Positions 1 to 9,621 are shown, numbered from the stretch's first letter. The stretch: 50,791 nt of DNA from Anaerolineae bacterium (GCA_027021705.1 JALUTT010000050.1:1-50791); one strand, 5' to 3'. Made by a program: numbers and translations. The notes: a model not told the origin generated them from the sequence alone.

Positions 1-2
1 AC

Positions 3-2177
3 CTCGACCTCGCCCGCGACCTCGACCTCGACCGCGCCCGCGCCCACGACCTCGCCCTCGCCCGCGCCCTCGACCTCGCTCCCGACCTCGACCGCGCCCG
101 CGCCCGCGCCCTCGACCGCGCCCGCGACCTCGACCTCGACCTCGCCCGTGTCCGTGAGCTCCTCGGCGAGCTCCGGCAGGCTCGGGAACGGGCGGCGAGG
201 GAGGCGGCCCCGGCGGGGGTGCAGCAGGCCCTGGCCGAGGCGATGGCGAAAGCCCGCCTCTTGGAAACAATTTTGTTGGAGAAGGGGCTGTGGCGGTTCT
301 GGAGCGCCCTGGGCGAGGCCCTGGACGCCGCCCCCTCGCCGGAGGGGTGGGCCGAACAGCCCCGCCCCCGCCTCACCTTGGAGCGGCTGGAAGGCCTGGC
401 CGCCCCCCAGACCTCGGAGGTCCGGGCCGACCTGTTGCCCCGCCTGGACCCCGCGCCGTTGGTGGAACTGGAGGGGGCAGAACAAGAGCGGGCCCTCGGC
501 CTCCTCACCGCCTGGGTGCAGGGGGATGCTCCCCTCTTGGCCCGTCACGGCGCGTTGCTGCTGGCCGAGATGGGCCACCTCACCCCGGCGACGATCCCCC
601 TCCTCCGCGCCTGCCTGGCCGACCCCACCGACCTGACCCGCTACCGGGCCCGGCTGGCCCTGGACCGGGGGCGGCCCGCCTCCGCCCTGGGCCGGGCGAC
701 CGTCGAGCAGATGGCCCGCTGCTACCGCTGCCCCGCCGACGACGCTGCCCGCGCCCGTTGCCCCATCCCCTGCCCCCTCACCGGCCCGGAAGGGCCGGCG
801 TCGTGGCACGACCCCACCGCCGCCGATACCTACTTGGACTGGTCTCTCAAGGAGGTCCTCCACGACCGGCCCGACTGGCTCCGGGCCTGGGCCGAGGCGG
901 GGGAGACGGCCATCCTGGGCCGCGTCTACCGCCTGGACGAAGCGGCCTGGCCCACCTTCCTGGAGCTCCTGGCCTCCGCTGCCCCGCCGGTGCAGGAGCA
1001 CCTGCTGGCCTCCGCCTCCTGGTTACTGCGCCTGGGCCGTGTCCCCCAAGAACACCACGAGGCGCTGAGGGAGAGGGTGTTGGCCCTGCTGGAAAGCGAG
1101 CACGAGAGTGTCCGCGCAGCGGCGGTCAACGCCCTGGGCCACCTGCGGGAATCCGCTGCCGCCGTGGTGGAGCGGCTGCTCCCCCTTCTCCCCCCGCGCG
1201 CGGGGGGAGAAGGGGGCCGGGGGGATGAGGGGGGTCTCCCCACCGCCCTGGCCCGGCTGGCGGCGCGGATGGCGGCGGACGATCCCCGGTCGGCCCGCGT
1301 CGAGGCGGCGCTGCGGCCCGATGAGGGGGCGCCCCCGGCCCATCCCGCCGCCTGGGTGCGCCTCCGGGTGGCCCGCGCCGGGGAGGAGTTCGATCCCCCG
1401 GCCTTCCTCCTCCGCCTGACCGAGGCGATCCCCGCGCCGGAAGCGCTGCTGGAGGCCCTCCTGGAGGTGGGGACGGACGATGACCTGTGGGACGACTACC
1501 ACGAGTGGATCGTGGCCCTGGTCCGCGCCCTGGTGGAGCGGAACGGCGACCTGCTGGACCCCCTGCTGGCGGCGCTGGAGGCGGCGCTGGCGGGCGGCGA
1601 TTGGCCCGCCAAGCGGATCCGGTTGGCCGCCGTCGCCGCCTGCGCCGGGGCGATGCCCGACGCCCTCAACCTGGCCCGTTCCCCCGACGAACTGGAGGAA
1701 CTGTTGGTGGCGGGAGCCCGGGAGGCGGATAGCCACACGGCCCGACGCCAGGCCATCACCGCCCTGAGCCACCTGCGGGTGGCCACGCCGGCCGCCGTCG
1801 AGGCGCTGCTGGCGGCCGGCCGGGACGTCGCCCTGGTGCAGCGGGACGCCGTCGCCGCCGCAGGGCGCTTCCGCCACCTGGCGCGGGAGGCCTTCGCGCG
1901 AGAGGAGGCTCTGGAGGCCCTGGCCGTGGCCCTCACCGGCGAGAGCGCGGCGACGGCCTACGTCGCCGCCCGGCTCCTGGCCGCCCTCGGCGCCTCCCCC
2001 GCCGCCCTGGAGGTGCCCGGCCTGCGGGAGCGGATCGCCCGCCACCTGAGCGAGGCCCTCCACCACCCCGACGCCGGGCGGGAGGTCTACCTGTTCGAGG
2101 AAGGCGATATTGAGTCCAAAGGCCCCCTCTCGCAGACGCTCTTCGAGGCGCTGGTGGAGGTGTGGGGGTTGCCGTAG
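3..2177 (+). CDS. 5'-truncated large helical/HEAT-repeat-like protein with low-complexity L/D/A/R repeats (possibly the C-terminal part of a NACHT-type protein)
   Basis: The frame of ORF 219..2177 is open back to base 3 (LDLARDLDLDRARAHDLALARALD...). HEAT-like segments include ESVRAAAVNALGHL and ARRQAITALSHL. The start lies outside the window. Confidence 0.7.
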   Translation, partial: LDLARDLDLDRARAHDLALARALDLAPDLDRARARALDRARDLDLDLARVRELLGELRQARERAAREAAPAGVQQALAEAMAKARLLETILLEKGLWRFWSALGEALDAAPSPEGWAEQPRPRLTLERLEGLAAPQTSEVRADLLPRLDPAPLVELEGAEQERALGLLTAWVQGDAPLLARHGALLLAEMGHLTPATIPLLRACLADPTDLTRYRARLALDRGRPASALGRATVEQMARCYRCPADDAARARCPIPCPLTGPEGPASWHDPTAADTYLDWSLKEVLHDRPDWLRAWAEAGETAILGRVYRLDEAAWPTFLELLASAAPPVQEHLLASASWLLRLGRVPQEHHEALRERVLALLESEHESVRAAAVNALGHLRESAAAVVERLLPLLPPRAGGEGGRGDEGGLPTALARLAARMAADDPRSARVEAALRPDEGAPPAHPAAWVRLRVARAGEEFDPPAFLLRLTEAIPAPEALLEALLEVGTDDDLWDDYHEWIVALVRALVERNGDLLDPLLAALEAALAGGDWPAKRIRLAAVAACAGAMPDALNLARSPDELEELLVAGAREADSHTARRQAITALSHLRVATPAAVEALLAAGRDVALVQRDAVAAAGRFRHLAREAFAREEALEALAVALTGESAATAYVAARLLAALGASPAALEVPGLRERIARHLSEALHHPDAGREVYLFEEGDIESKGPLSQTLFEALVEVWGLP
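1181..1216. repeat. Perfect 36-bp palindrome (REP-like) inside the first CDS
   Basis: cccccttctcccccc-gcgcgc-ggggggagaaggggg, followed by ccggggggatgaggg. Confidence 0.8.
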
Positions 2178-2182
2178 CTGAA

Positions 2183-2276
2183 CCCTCCCGCAGGCCCGGC
2201 GGGCGTCGGCGGCGGGCGCAAGGAGGGAGATAGGGCGATGAAGGGGAAGGCCAACGGCGAGGGGCCTGCGGGAGGG
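2183..2276. repeat. Solo inverted doublet CCCTCCCGCAGG...CCTGCGGGAGGG (94 bp) between convergent genes
   Basis: Arms at 2183-2194 and 2265-2276 are identical to those in the tandem array and the MITEs. Confidence 0.8.
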
Positions 2277-2325
2277 GGGTGGGGCGGAAGAACGCACCGG
2301 CCTGGAGAGCCGGTGCGGGAGGGTC

Positions 2326-4713
2326 TCACCGGAGGATCCAAAGGCGGAGGCGGAGCGCCCGCCAGGCAGCCCACGCTTCCTCGCGCCGGAGCGTGCCGGG
2401 CGCCGGACCGGCGTAGCGCACGCGGACGTAGAGCTCCGTCAGCCGCCGGAGGGCGGCCGTGGCCTCGGCCGCCTGCTCTTGCCACCAGGCCCGGCGCCAC
2501 CGCCGGCGGGCTGCCCCCTGCTGGAGCCGATGGGCCAGGCGGGCGGCGTATTCGGCCGGCGTCATCCCCGCCTGGGGGGGCACCCCCAGCCGCGCCCCCT
2601 GTCGCTGGAGCTGACCGTAGAGGCGGACGACCAGGTCCGGGGCGGGGAGGGCCAGGAGCCGCCGTTGACGCCGCCGCCACCAGAGCCCACCCAGCCCCCC
2701 CAGCGCCAGCAGCCCGCCCAGCCAGAGCCCATAGCGAAGCGGGGAGGCGGCCGCCCTCGGACGGGGGCGGGGGGGCAGGGGCAGGTCCGGCATCCCCTCC
2801 TCCTCCCGCTCCGGCGGGGTCGTGTCGGCTGCCGGCTCGCCCGATGGGCGCTCCAGCGGGGGGCGGCCGGCCGTGGGCTCGAAGATGACCCAGCCCAGGC
2901 CGGGGAAGTAGACCTCGGGCCAGGAGTGGGCCTCCGCCTCGGTCACCAGCCACCGGCCGGTCTCCGGGTCGTAGCGGCCCGGCGCGTACCCCACCCCCAG
3001 ACGGGCCGGCAGCCCCACCGCCCGGGCCATCACCACGAAGGCGGTGGCGTAGTAGTCGCAGTAGCCGGCCTCCGCCTCGAAGAGGAAGTAGTCGGCCACA
3101 TCCCGGCCCGGCGGGGGCGGCGGGATGTCGAGGGAGTAGGGGTAGGTGCGCAGGAACCGCTCCAGCCGCCGGGCCCGGTCGTAGGGGGTCGTCGCCCCCT
3201 CCACCACCTGCCGGGCCAGGGCAACGACCCGGTCGGGGAGGCCCTTTGGCAACTGCCGGTAGCGCTCCAGCCCCTCCTCGGGCGCGGCGGGGGCCCGCCG
3301 CAGCGCGGCCACCGTGACCGTCGGAACCCACGAGGTGACGGTGTACTGCGTCGTCGGCTCCAAGGCCCACATCTGGGCCGGGTCCTGGGAGGTGTAGCGC
3401 CGAAGCCGCACGGGCCGGTCCACCCGGATCGGCCGGGGGGCGGCGTAGAGGAGGTCGGTGGGCGGACCCAGCCGGGTCACCCGCTGGACCAGGAGCGGCG
3501 GACGGGCGGAGGGCGGGGTGGGCAGCAGGGGCTCGTCGGCCGCCAGCACCACCTCGTCGGCGGCCGTCTGCTCCCAGCCCAATCCCGTGTAGCGGTCGTA
3601 GACGGTGCCCCGCCAGTAGTGGGGGGTTGGGTCGTCGGTCTGCACCTCCATCACCCGCCGGCGGCTCAGCTCCGGCCCGCTGCCCAGCAGGTGGATGCGG
3701 GGCAGGACGCCGGCCCCGCTGACCGGTCGGCCCGGCCCCTGACCGGCGCCGGTCCCGGCTCTACCTCCGCCGCTCACGCCGGCGAAAGCCCGGTCCAGTG
3801 TCTCCCCCAGGCGGCGCACCGGGCCGGCGGCCACGTCCTGGGCCCAGCGCCCCACGGTGGGCGAGGTCAGCAGGGCGACCAGGACGGCGACCACCAGCGA
3901 GGCCCCCGCGACGGCGGCGGCGTTGATCCCCACCTCAAAGCCGATCTCCGTGGAGTAGTCCACCCCCCGCCGCGCCCAGTCCTCCTCCTGGCGGACCGTC
4001 GTCCCCCGGGCCAGGAGGAGGGGGAAGAGGGCCAGGTAGAGGAGGAGGTAGAGGAGCCCCTTCTCCCCCGCCAGGTAGGTGTGGAGCGTCAGGGCCAGGC
4101 CGATGGGGAAGAGGGTGGCGAAGTCCTGGCCCCAGGGGGGAGCCGGCCCGTCGCCGCCGGGAGAGGTGATCCGGCGCTCCTCCCGCCCGGTGTAGAAGAA
4201 GGCCCGGGCGGTGTAGGCGGCGAGGGTCCAGGTGAGCAGCGAGAGCCAGAAGATGAAGACCTGGTTGTCTCGGCTCTGCCCGCCGGCCAGGATGACGGTC
4301 TCGAACCAGGCGACCAGCCGCTGCCCGAAGAAGAGGGAGCGGAGCAGGAGGTCGGTGAGTAGTTCGGTGGGGGGGAGGCGACCCTGAAGGGCCTCGCCCA
4401 GGGCGGCCCAGCCGGGGAGGAGCTGCCCGCCGCTGTTGGCGCTCACGCCGATCCCCAGGGGGAGGAGCAGCGGCCAGGCCCGGCGGCTCCGCCAGCCGGC
4501 CCGCCCCACCCAGCGCCCCACCAGGAAGGCGAGCAGGGCGGTGGGGAGCAGGCCGCCGTCGCCCCGGCGCACCCAGTGGGCCTCGACAACGGCGGCGGGG
4601 AAGCAGAGGACCAGGGCGATCAGCAGCCCGAAGGTGGCCCATCCTTCGGCGGGCTGCCACCGGCGGAGCAAGCGCCAGAGCGGGCTTTCGGGAGGTTGGG
4701 GAGGGTAGACCAT
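2326..4713 (-). CDS. Membrane transglutaminase-like protein (TgpA/DUF3488 + transglutaminase + DUF4129-like)
   Basis: Multiple TM helices; motifs YWRGTVYDRYTG, GYCDYYATAFVVMARAVGLPARLGVGY and AHSWPEVYFPGLGWVIFEPT. Confidence 0.9.
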   Translation of the reverse strand: MVYPPQPPESPLWRLLRRWQPAEGWATFGLLIALVLCFPAAVVEAHWVRRGDGGLLPTALLAFLVGRWVGRAGWRSRRAWPLLLPLGIGVSANSGGQLLPGWAALGEALQGRLPPTELLTDLLLRSLFFGQRLVAWFETVILAGGQSRDNQVFIFWLSLLTWTLAAYTARAFFYTGREERRITSPGGDGPAPPWGQDFATLFPIGLALTLHTYLAGEKGLLYLLLYLALFPLLLARGTTVRQEEDWARRGVDYSTEIGFEVGINAAAVAGASLVVAVLVALLTSPTVGRWAQDVAAGPVRRLGETLDRAFAGVSGGGRAGTGAGQGPGRPVSGAGVLPRIHLLGSGPELSRRRVMEVQTDDPTPHYWRGTVYDRYTGLGWEQTAADEVVLAADEPLLPTPPSARPPLLVQRVTRLGPPTDLLYAAPRPIRVDRPVRLRRYTSQDPAQMWALEPTTQYTVTSWVPTVTVAALRRAPAAPEEGLERYRQLPKGLPDRVVALARQVVEGATTPYDRARRLERFLRTYPYSLDIPPPPPGRDVADYFLFEAEAGYCDYYATAFVVMARAVGLPARLGVGYAPGRYDPETGRWLVTEAEAHSWPEVYFPGLGWVIFEPTAGRPPLERPSGEPAADTTPPEREEEGMPDLPLPPRPRPRAAASPLRYGLWLGGLLALGGLGGLWWRRRQRRLLALPAPDLVVRLYGQLQRQGARLGVPPQAGMTPAEYAARLAHRLQQGAARRRWRRAWWQEQAAEATAALRRLTELYVRVRYAGPAPGTLRREEAWAAWRALRLRLWILR

Positions 4714-4742
4714 GTCACGTTACCATCGGCAGGCGCTTAGGA

Positions 4743-4890
4743 ATGAGGCACCGAGGGATGAGGCGCTGGGAACTGCCGACCGCCGACCGCCGACGGCCGA
4801 CCGCCGACCGCGGACTGAGGACTGAGGACTACGGACGGCGGACCGCCGACCGCGGACTGAGGACTACGGACCGAGGACTGCGGACTGCGC
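4743..4890 (-). repeat. Composite short tandem repeats (CCGCCGA, GGACTGA, GGATGAGG units) in an intergenic space
   Basis: Runs such as ccgaccgccgaccgccga and ggactgaggactgaggac. Confidence 0.85.
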
Positions 4891-4899
4891 ACCACGTGA

Positions 4900-6252
4900 C
4901 TACTCCCCCACCATCGCCGGCCGGCGCAGTGTGATCACCCGGCCCGTGCCCAGCACCTTGAAGGCCCATCGCCGCCGGGGGCCAAGCACGGGGCGCGGTT
5001 CGGCCAAATCCCCCCGGCGGATGACCTGACTGACGATCCCCTGGTCGGCCAGGAGGCCCCGCAGGGGCTCCGCCTCCCCATCCCCGCCGAAGGAGGCCGG
5101 GTCCAGCAGCCAGGCCGCTGCCCCCATCCCGCGCCGCCTCAGGCGGGCCAGGGGGAGGAGCCAATCCCCTCCCACGTCGGGCGTGACGATGAGGGCGGTC
5201 ATCCCGCTCGGTCGCCCCCGCCCCACCTCGTCCAGCAGGGCGGCGAGGGGGACGGGGGAGAGGTCGAGGGGGGCCAGGGCGGCCAGGATGGCCCAGAGGT
5301 GGCCCCGCCCCCGGGCCGGCCGGACCACCCGGCGGTGGGGGCCGTAGGTCCAGAGCCCCACGGCCCGCCCCTGGTCCAGCAGGTGGGCGGCCAGGGAGGC
5401 GACCAGGATGATGGCGTATTCAGCCGTCGCCTCTTCGTCGTGGCCGGCCTGCACCGCCCGGTGGAGGTCCAGCAGGAGCCAGACGTCGCCCGTCGTCTCC
5501 TGGTCGAACTCCCGCACCAGCAGGTCGCCCCGGTGGGCGGTCTGGGGCCAGTGGATGTGGCGCATCGGGTCGCCGGGGGTGTAGGGGCGGACGGAGCGGG
5601 CGTTGACCGTCGGCTCCCAGGCCCGGCGGCTGGTGTGGGCCTGACCGACCGTCCCACCTCGGGGCAGGACGACGGGGGGGAGGGAGGTGATGGGCGGGTA
5701 GACGAGGAGGGTGAGGGCCTGGTCATAGACCTGACGGACGGTGAAGAGGCCGAAGGGGTCTCCCGTCCAGAGCTCCCAGGGGCCCAGGGTGAACTCACCC
5801 CGCCGGCGGCAGACCCCCTCGCTGCGCCAGCGGGTGACCACCCCGGCGTCGGCGGCGCGGGCCGAGCTGATGGTGTAGCCGGGCAGCGTGGAGAAATCCC
5901 GCACCTCGACCCAGAGGGCGGGGAAGGAGGTGGTGTTGACCAGGGCCAGCCGTTCTTCCAGCGCGTCCCCCACCTGGACCCAGGTGGAGCGGAGGTGGCG
6001 CTCCATCCAGAGCCCCCGGCTCAGGGCCAGGCTCCAGCGGTAGGCGAGGAGAAGCAGCAGGGCGAGGGTGACCAGCACCACCAGCCAGACGCGGGAGGGG
6101 AGCAGGCCCATCAGCAGGACCAGCCCTCCCAGCGCGAGGGGGGGGAGGCGTCGGTTGAGGAAGAGGGTGACCCGGCGGCGGGGGCTGCCGGGGGAGGCGT
6201 CGTGCACCTCCTGCCGGAGCACCCAAGGGCCGGACCAGCGTGGAATGGGCAT
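4900..6252 (-). CDS. DUF58 domain protein
   Basis: Motifs RRGEFTLGP, DPFGLF, VRPYTPGDPMRHIHW and LLVREFD; AGGAGA RBS before the ATG. Confidence 0.9.
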   Translation of the reverse strand: MPIPRWSGPWVLRQEVHDASPGSPRRRVTLFLNRRLPPLALGGLVLLMGLLPSRVWLVVLVTLALLLLLAYRWSLALSRGLWMERHLRSTWVQVGDALEERLALVNTTSFPALWVEVRDFSTLPGYTISSARAADAGVVTRWRSEGVCRRRGEFTLGPWELWTGDPFGLFTVRQVYDQALTLLVYPPITSLPPVVLPRGGTVGQAHTSRRAWEPTVNARSVRPYTPGDPMRHIHWPQTAHRGDLLVREFDQETTGDVWLLLDLHRAVQAGHDEEATAEYAIILVASLAAHLLDQGRAVGLWTYGPHRRVVRPARGRGHLWAILAALAPLDLSPVPLAALLDEVGRGRPSGMTALIVTPDVGGDWLLPLARLRRRGMGAAAWLLDPASFGGDGEAEPLRGLLADQGIVSQVIRRGDLAEPRPVLGPRRRWAFKVLGTGRVITLRRPAMVGE

Positions 6253-6339
6253 ACCGCTTCTCCTAGGGCGGGGGATGATCGCCTTCGTGGCCTTGCGTCT
6301 CTGCCGTGGCCCCTGTCGGGGGCGTCCTCCGCCCGAAGA

Positions 6340-6368
6340 ATTCTAGCACAGTTCCCCTTATGCGTCAC
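6340..6368 (-). promoter_or_regulatory. Putative sigma70 promoter for the DUF58-transglutaminase operon
   Basis: GTGACG-17bp-TAGAAT with extended TG; the -35 lies in the first partial array unit. Confidence 0.4.
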
Positions 6369-7952
6369 CCTCCCGCCGGGCACAAGGTGCCCGGCGATGG
6401 CAACGGCTTCCCGGCTAACCCCCTCCCGCCGGGCACAAGGTGCTCGGTGATGGCAACGGCTTACCGGCATCGGCCTACGACGCGCTTTAGGCCGTGGGAA
6501 GGACCTGCGGGAGGGTTCCCCCTAATCCCCCTCCCGCAGGTCCCAAGGTGCCCGGCGACGGCAGCGGTCTACCGGCATCGGCCTACGACGCGCTTTGGGC
6601 CGTGGGAAGGACCTGCGGGAGGGTTCCCCCCCTGCATCCCCCTCCCGCAGGTCCCAAGGTGCCCGACGATAGCAACGGCTTATCGGCAGCGGCCTACAAC
6701 GCACTTTAGGCCGTGGGAAGGACCTGCGGGAGGGTTCCCCCTGCATCCCCCTCCCGCAGGTCCCAAGGTGCTCGGCGATGGCAACGGCTTATCGGCAGCG
6801 GCCTACGACGCGCTTGAGGCCGTGGGAAGGACCTGCGGGAGGGTTCCCCCTGCATCCCCCTCCCGCAGGTCCCAAGGTACTCGGCAATGGCAACGGTTTA
6901 TCGGCAGCGGCCTACAACGCGCTTTAGGCCGTGGGAAGGACCTGCGGGAGGGTTCCCCCCCGGTGATGGCAACGACTTCCCGGCATCGGCCTACGACGCG
7001 CTTGAGGCCGTGGGAAGGACCTGCGGGAGGGTTCCCCCTCTGCATCACCCTCCCGCCGGGCACCTTGTGCCCGGCGATGACGACGGCTTCCCGGCAGCGA
7101 CCTACGACACGCTTGAGGCCGTGGGAAGGACCTGCGGGAGGGTTCCCCCTAGTCACCCTCCCGCAGGTCCCAAGGTGCCCGGTGATGGCAACGGCTCACC
7201 GGCAGCGACCCACAATGCGCTTTAGGCCGTGGGAAGGACTTGCGGGAGGGTTCCCCCTGCATCACCCTCCCGCCGGGCACAAGGTGCCCGGCGATGGCAG
7301 CGGCTTCCCGGCAGCGACCCACAACGCGCTTTAGGCCGTGGATAGGACCTGCGGGAGGGTTCCCTCCGCGATGGCAACGGCTTCCCGGCAGCGGCCTACA
7401 ACGCGCTTTAGGCCGTGGGAGGGACCTGCGGGAGGGTTCCCCCTGCATCCCCCTCCCGCAGGTCCCAAGGTGCCCGCCGATGGCAACAGCTTCCCGGCAG
7501 CGGCCTACGACGCGCTTGAGGCCGTGGGAAGGACCTGCGGGAGGGTTCCCCCTGATCACTGACCCTCCCGCAGGTCCCAAGGTACTCGGCAATGGCAACG
7601 GTTTATCGGCGGCGGCCTACAACGCGCTTTAGGCCGTGGGCAGGACCTGCGGGAGGGTTCCCCCCGCGATGGCAACGGCTTATCGGCAGCGGCCTACGAC
7701 GCGCTTGAGGCCGTGGGAAGGACCTGCGGGAGGGTTCCCCCTGCATCACCCTCCCGCCGGGCACAAGGTGCCCGGCGATGGCAGCGGCTTCCCGGCAGCG
7801 ACCCACAACGCGCTTTAGGCCGTGGATAGGACCTGCGGGAGGGTTCCCCCTGCATCCCCCTCCCGCAGGTCCCAAGGTGCCCGGCGATGGCAACGGCTTA
7901 TCGGCAGCGGCCTACGACGCGCTTGAGGCCGTGGGAAGGACCTGCGGGAGGG
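6363..7952. repeat. Tandem array of 15 palindromic units (about 109 bp full, 77-79 bp short) plus a partial first unit
   Basis: Right arm (g)acctgcgggaggg ends near 6515, 6623, 6734, 6843, 6952, 7031, 7142, 7250, 7359, 7436, 7545, 7657, 7734, 7843 and 7952; no unique spacers. Confidence 0.95.
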
Positions 7953-7968
7953 AGAAGGCATAGGTCCC

Positions 7969-7997
7969 TTGACATTTTCGGCCATCTCCTGCAAAAT
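7969..7997 (+). promoter_or_regulatory. sigma70-type promoter of the glycosyltransferase
   Basis: TTGACA-17bp-CAAAAT immediately after the array. Confidence 0.6.
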
Positions 7998-8085
7998 GGG
8001 AAGTCAGAGGCAACGACGTTGGAGTGATGGGGGCGGCGGAAGAGGCCCCCTGATCCTATCGGTTCACGCACAGGAGAGGGCAACG

Positions 8086-9432
8086 ATGCGAGTGGCGCTG
8101 GTTTCACTGCAGTACCGGGAGACGACGACGGGCGGCGGCGGCGTCCACGTGGGCAAGGTGGCGGAGAACCTGGTCGCCCTGGGGCACAGGGTGACGGTTC
8201 TGTCCATCCACACCACGGGAACGCTGGCGGCGGCCGGCACCCTACAGGACGGGGACCATCCCTTCAGCGTGGAGGAGCGGGAGGGGGTGACCTTGGTCCG
8301 CTTCCTGATCGAGGAGGGGATCCAAGGGCCTTACGAGGGGACCAAGCACGAAGAGCTGGAGCGGATCCACCAGTTCTGCCGGGTGGTGCGGGACTGGCTG
8401 GTCCGGCGGCAAGGGGATTTCGACGTGGTGCACCTGCACGGCCACCACCTGATCCCCGGCTGGCTGGCCCGGGAGCTTCAGCCCTACCCCTTCGTCGTCG
8501 TCTCCACCGTCCACTACCTGGAGTCCACGCTGGTCCGGGCGACGCGGGAGGGGCTGATCCACTACCACATCTCCAACGCCGACCTGGTGCGGATGAAGCA
8601 GTGGGAGGCGATGTCCCGCTACGCCGACGGCCTGGTGCTGATCAGCCCGGGGATGGTGCAGGACTTCATCGAGCTGTTGCTGGAGCTGCGTTTGGACCCG
8701 GCGACGGTGATGCCCCCCTACCGGATCATCTCCAGCGGCATTGACGGTGACAGCATCCTGCCGGCCGAGGCGGTCCAGGCCCGTCTTGCCTCCCCGCCGG
8801 ACCGGGTCGAGGTGGTGACCTTCGCCCGGCTGGACCCCAGCAAGGGGATCGAGTACGCCATCCGGGCGGCGGCGGTGGCTGCCCAGGAGACGAGTCGCCC
8901 CTTCCGCCTGACGGTGGCCGGCATCCCCCTGCCGGAGTACATGCCCATCCTGGAGGCCGAGGCGGCGAAGGCCCGCGCCCACGTGCCGGTGGAGCTCATC
9001 GCTTTTCAGCGCATCTTCTCCCCCCAGGAGCGGGATCAGTTCCTGGCCCGCTTTCAGCTCTACCTCTTCCCCTCCCTGCGCGAGCCCTTCGGCATCACCA
9101 TCGTCGAGGCGGGGGCCCGGGGGCTGATGGTGGTCAGCACCGATGCGGTGGGACCCCGCTACATCCTGGGCGAGGACGGGGGGAAGACGACCGACTGGGG
9201 GATCATCGCCCCTCGGGGGGTGATGGGCAAGCGGACCCAGGACCCCGGGGCGCATCTGGCCCACAACCTGGGGAGGGCCCTGGCCTACGCCCTGGAGGAC
9301 TGGGAGGGAGGGCTTCGCCGGGCGATGGCGCTGCGGGACCACGTAGAGGCTACCTACACCTGGCGCAAGGTGACCGAAGCCTACCTGGACCTCTACCGGC
9401 AGGGGAAGCGGACCGTCCACGAGCCCCTGTGA
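8086..9432 (+). CDS. Glycosyltransferase family 4 (GT-B)
   Basis: MRVALVS...GGGGVHV, FDVVHLHG, FARLDPSKG, FPSLREPFGITIVEAGARG; RBS GGAGAGG before the ATG at 8086. Confidence 0.9.
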   Translation: MRVALVSLQYRETTTGGGGVHVGKVAENLVALGHRVTVLSIHTTGTLAAAGTLQDGDHPFSVEEREGVTLVRFLIEEGIQGPYEGTKHEELERIHQFCRVVRDWLVRRQGDFDVVHLHGHHLIPGWLARELQPYPFVVVSTVHYLESTLVRATREGLIHYHISNADLVRMKQWEAMSRYADGLVLISPGMVQDFIELLLELRLDPATVMPPYRIISSGIDGDSILPAEAVQARLASPPDRVEVVTFARLDPSKGIEYAIRAAAVAAQETSRPFRLTVAGIPLPEYMPILEAEAAKARAHVPVELIAFQRIFSPQERDQFLARFQLYLFPSLREPFGITIVEAGARGLMVVSTDAVGPRYILGEDGGKTTDWGIIAPRGVMGKRTQDPGAHLAHNLGRALAYALEDWEGGLRRAMALRDHVEATYTWRKVTEAYLDLYRQGKRTVHEPL

Positions 9433-9433
9433 G

Positions 9434-9462
9434 TTGCACGAACAGGGCGATTCGGGTATAAT
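9434..9462 (+). promoter_or_regulatory. sigma70 promoter
   Basis: TTGCAC-17bp-TATAAT. Confidence 0.7.
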
Positions 9463-9499
9463 CCGGCCCGCAGAACTCACCGCTACACGTTGGGCAAGG

Positions 9500-9621
9500 G
9501 TAACTGTTCACCCTCCCGCAGGTTAGGCGCGTTTCCGACGCGAAACCGTGCTTCAAACAGCCCATCGGGGCCGAAAGCGCCCTCGACCGGTGACCTGCGG
9601 GAGGGTAGGCTGAATAGATAC
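9500..9621 (+). mobile_element. MITE copy 1 (IS66-like ends, 8-bp TSD)
   Basis: Ends GTAACTGTTCA...TGAATAGATAC, flanked by the direct repeat GGGCAAGG (9492-9499 and 9622-9629). Confidence 0.85.

Noticed and set aside
2174..2290. Solo doublet as a sixth MITE copy
   Set aside because: It begins GTAGCTG but lacks the right terminal repeat, a target duplication and the MITE inner sequence.
6363..7952. Array as a CRISPR or other guide array
   Set aside because: The sequence between the conserved arms is itself repeated, so there are no unique spacers; the unit is about 109 bp and no cas or other effector gene is nearby.
6306..7963. Repeat-protein ORFs (RPTTRFRPWEGPAGGFP) in the array
   Set aside because: Most unit lengths are not multiples of three, frames shift repeatedly, and there is no RBS.
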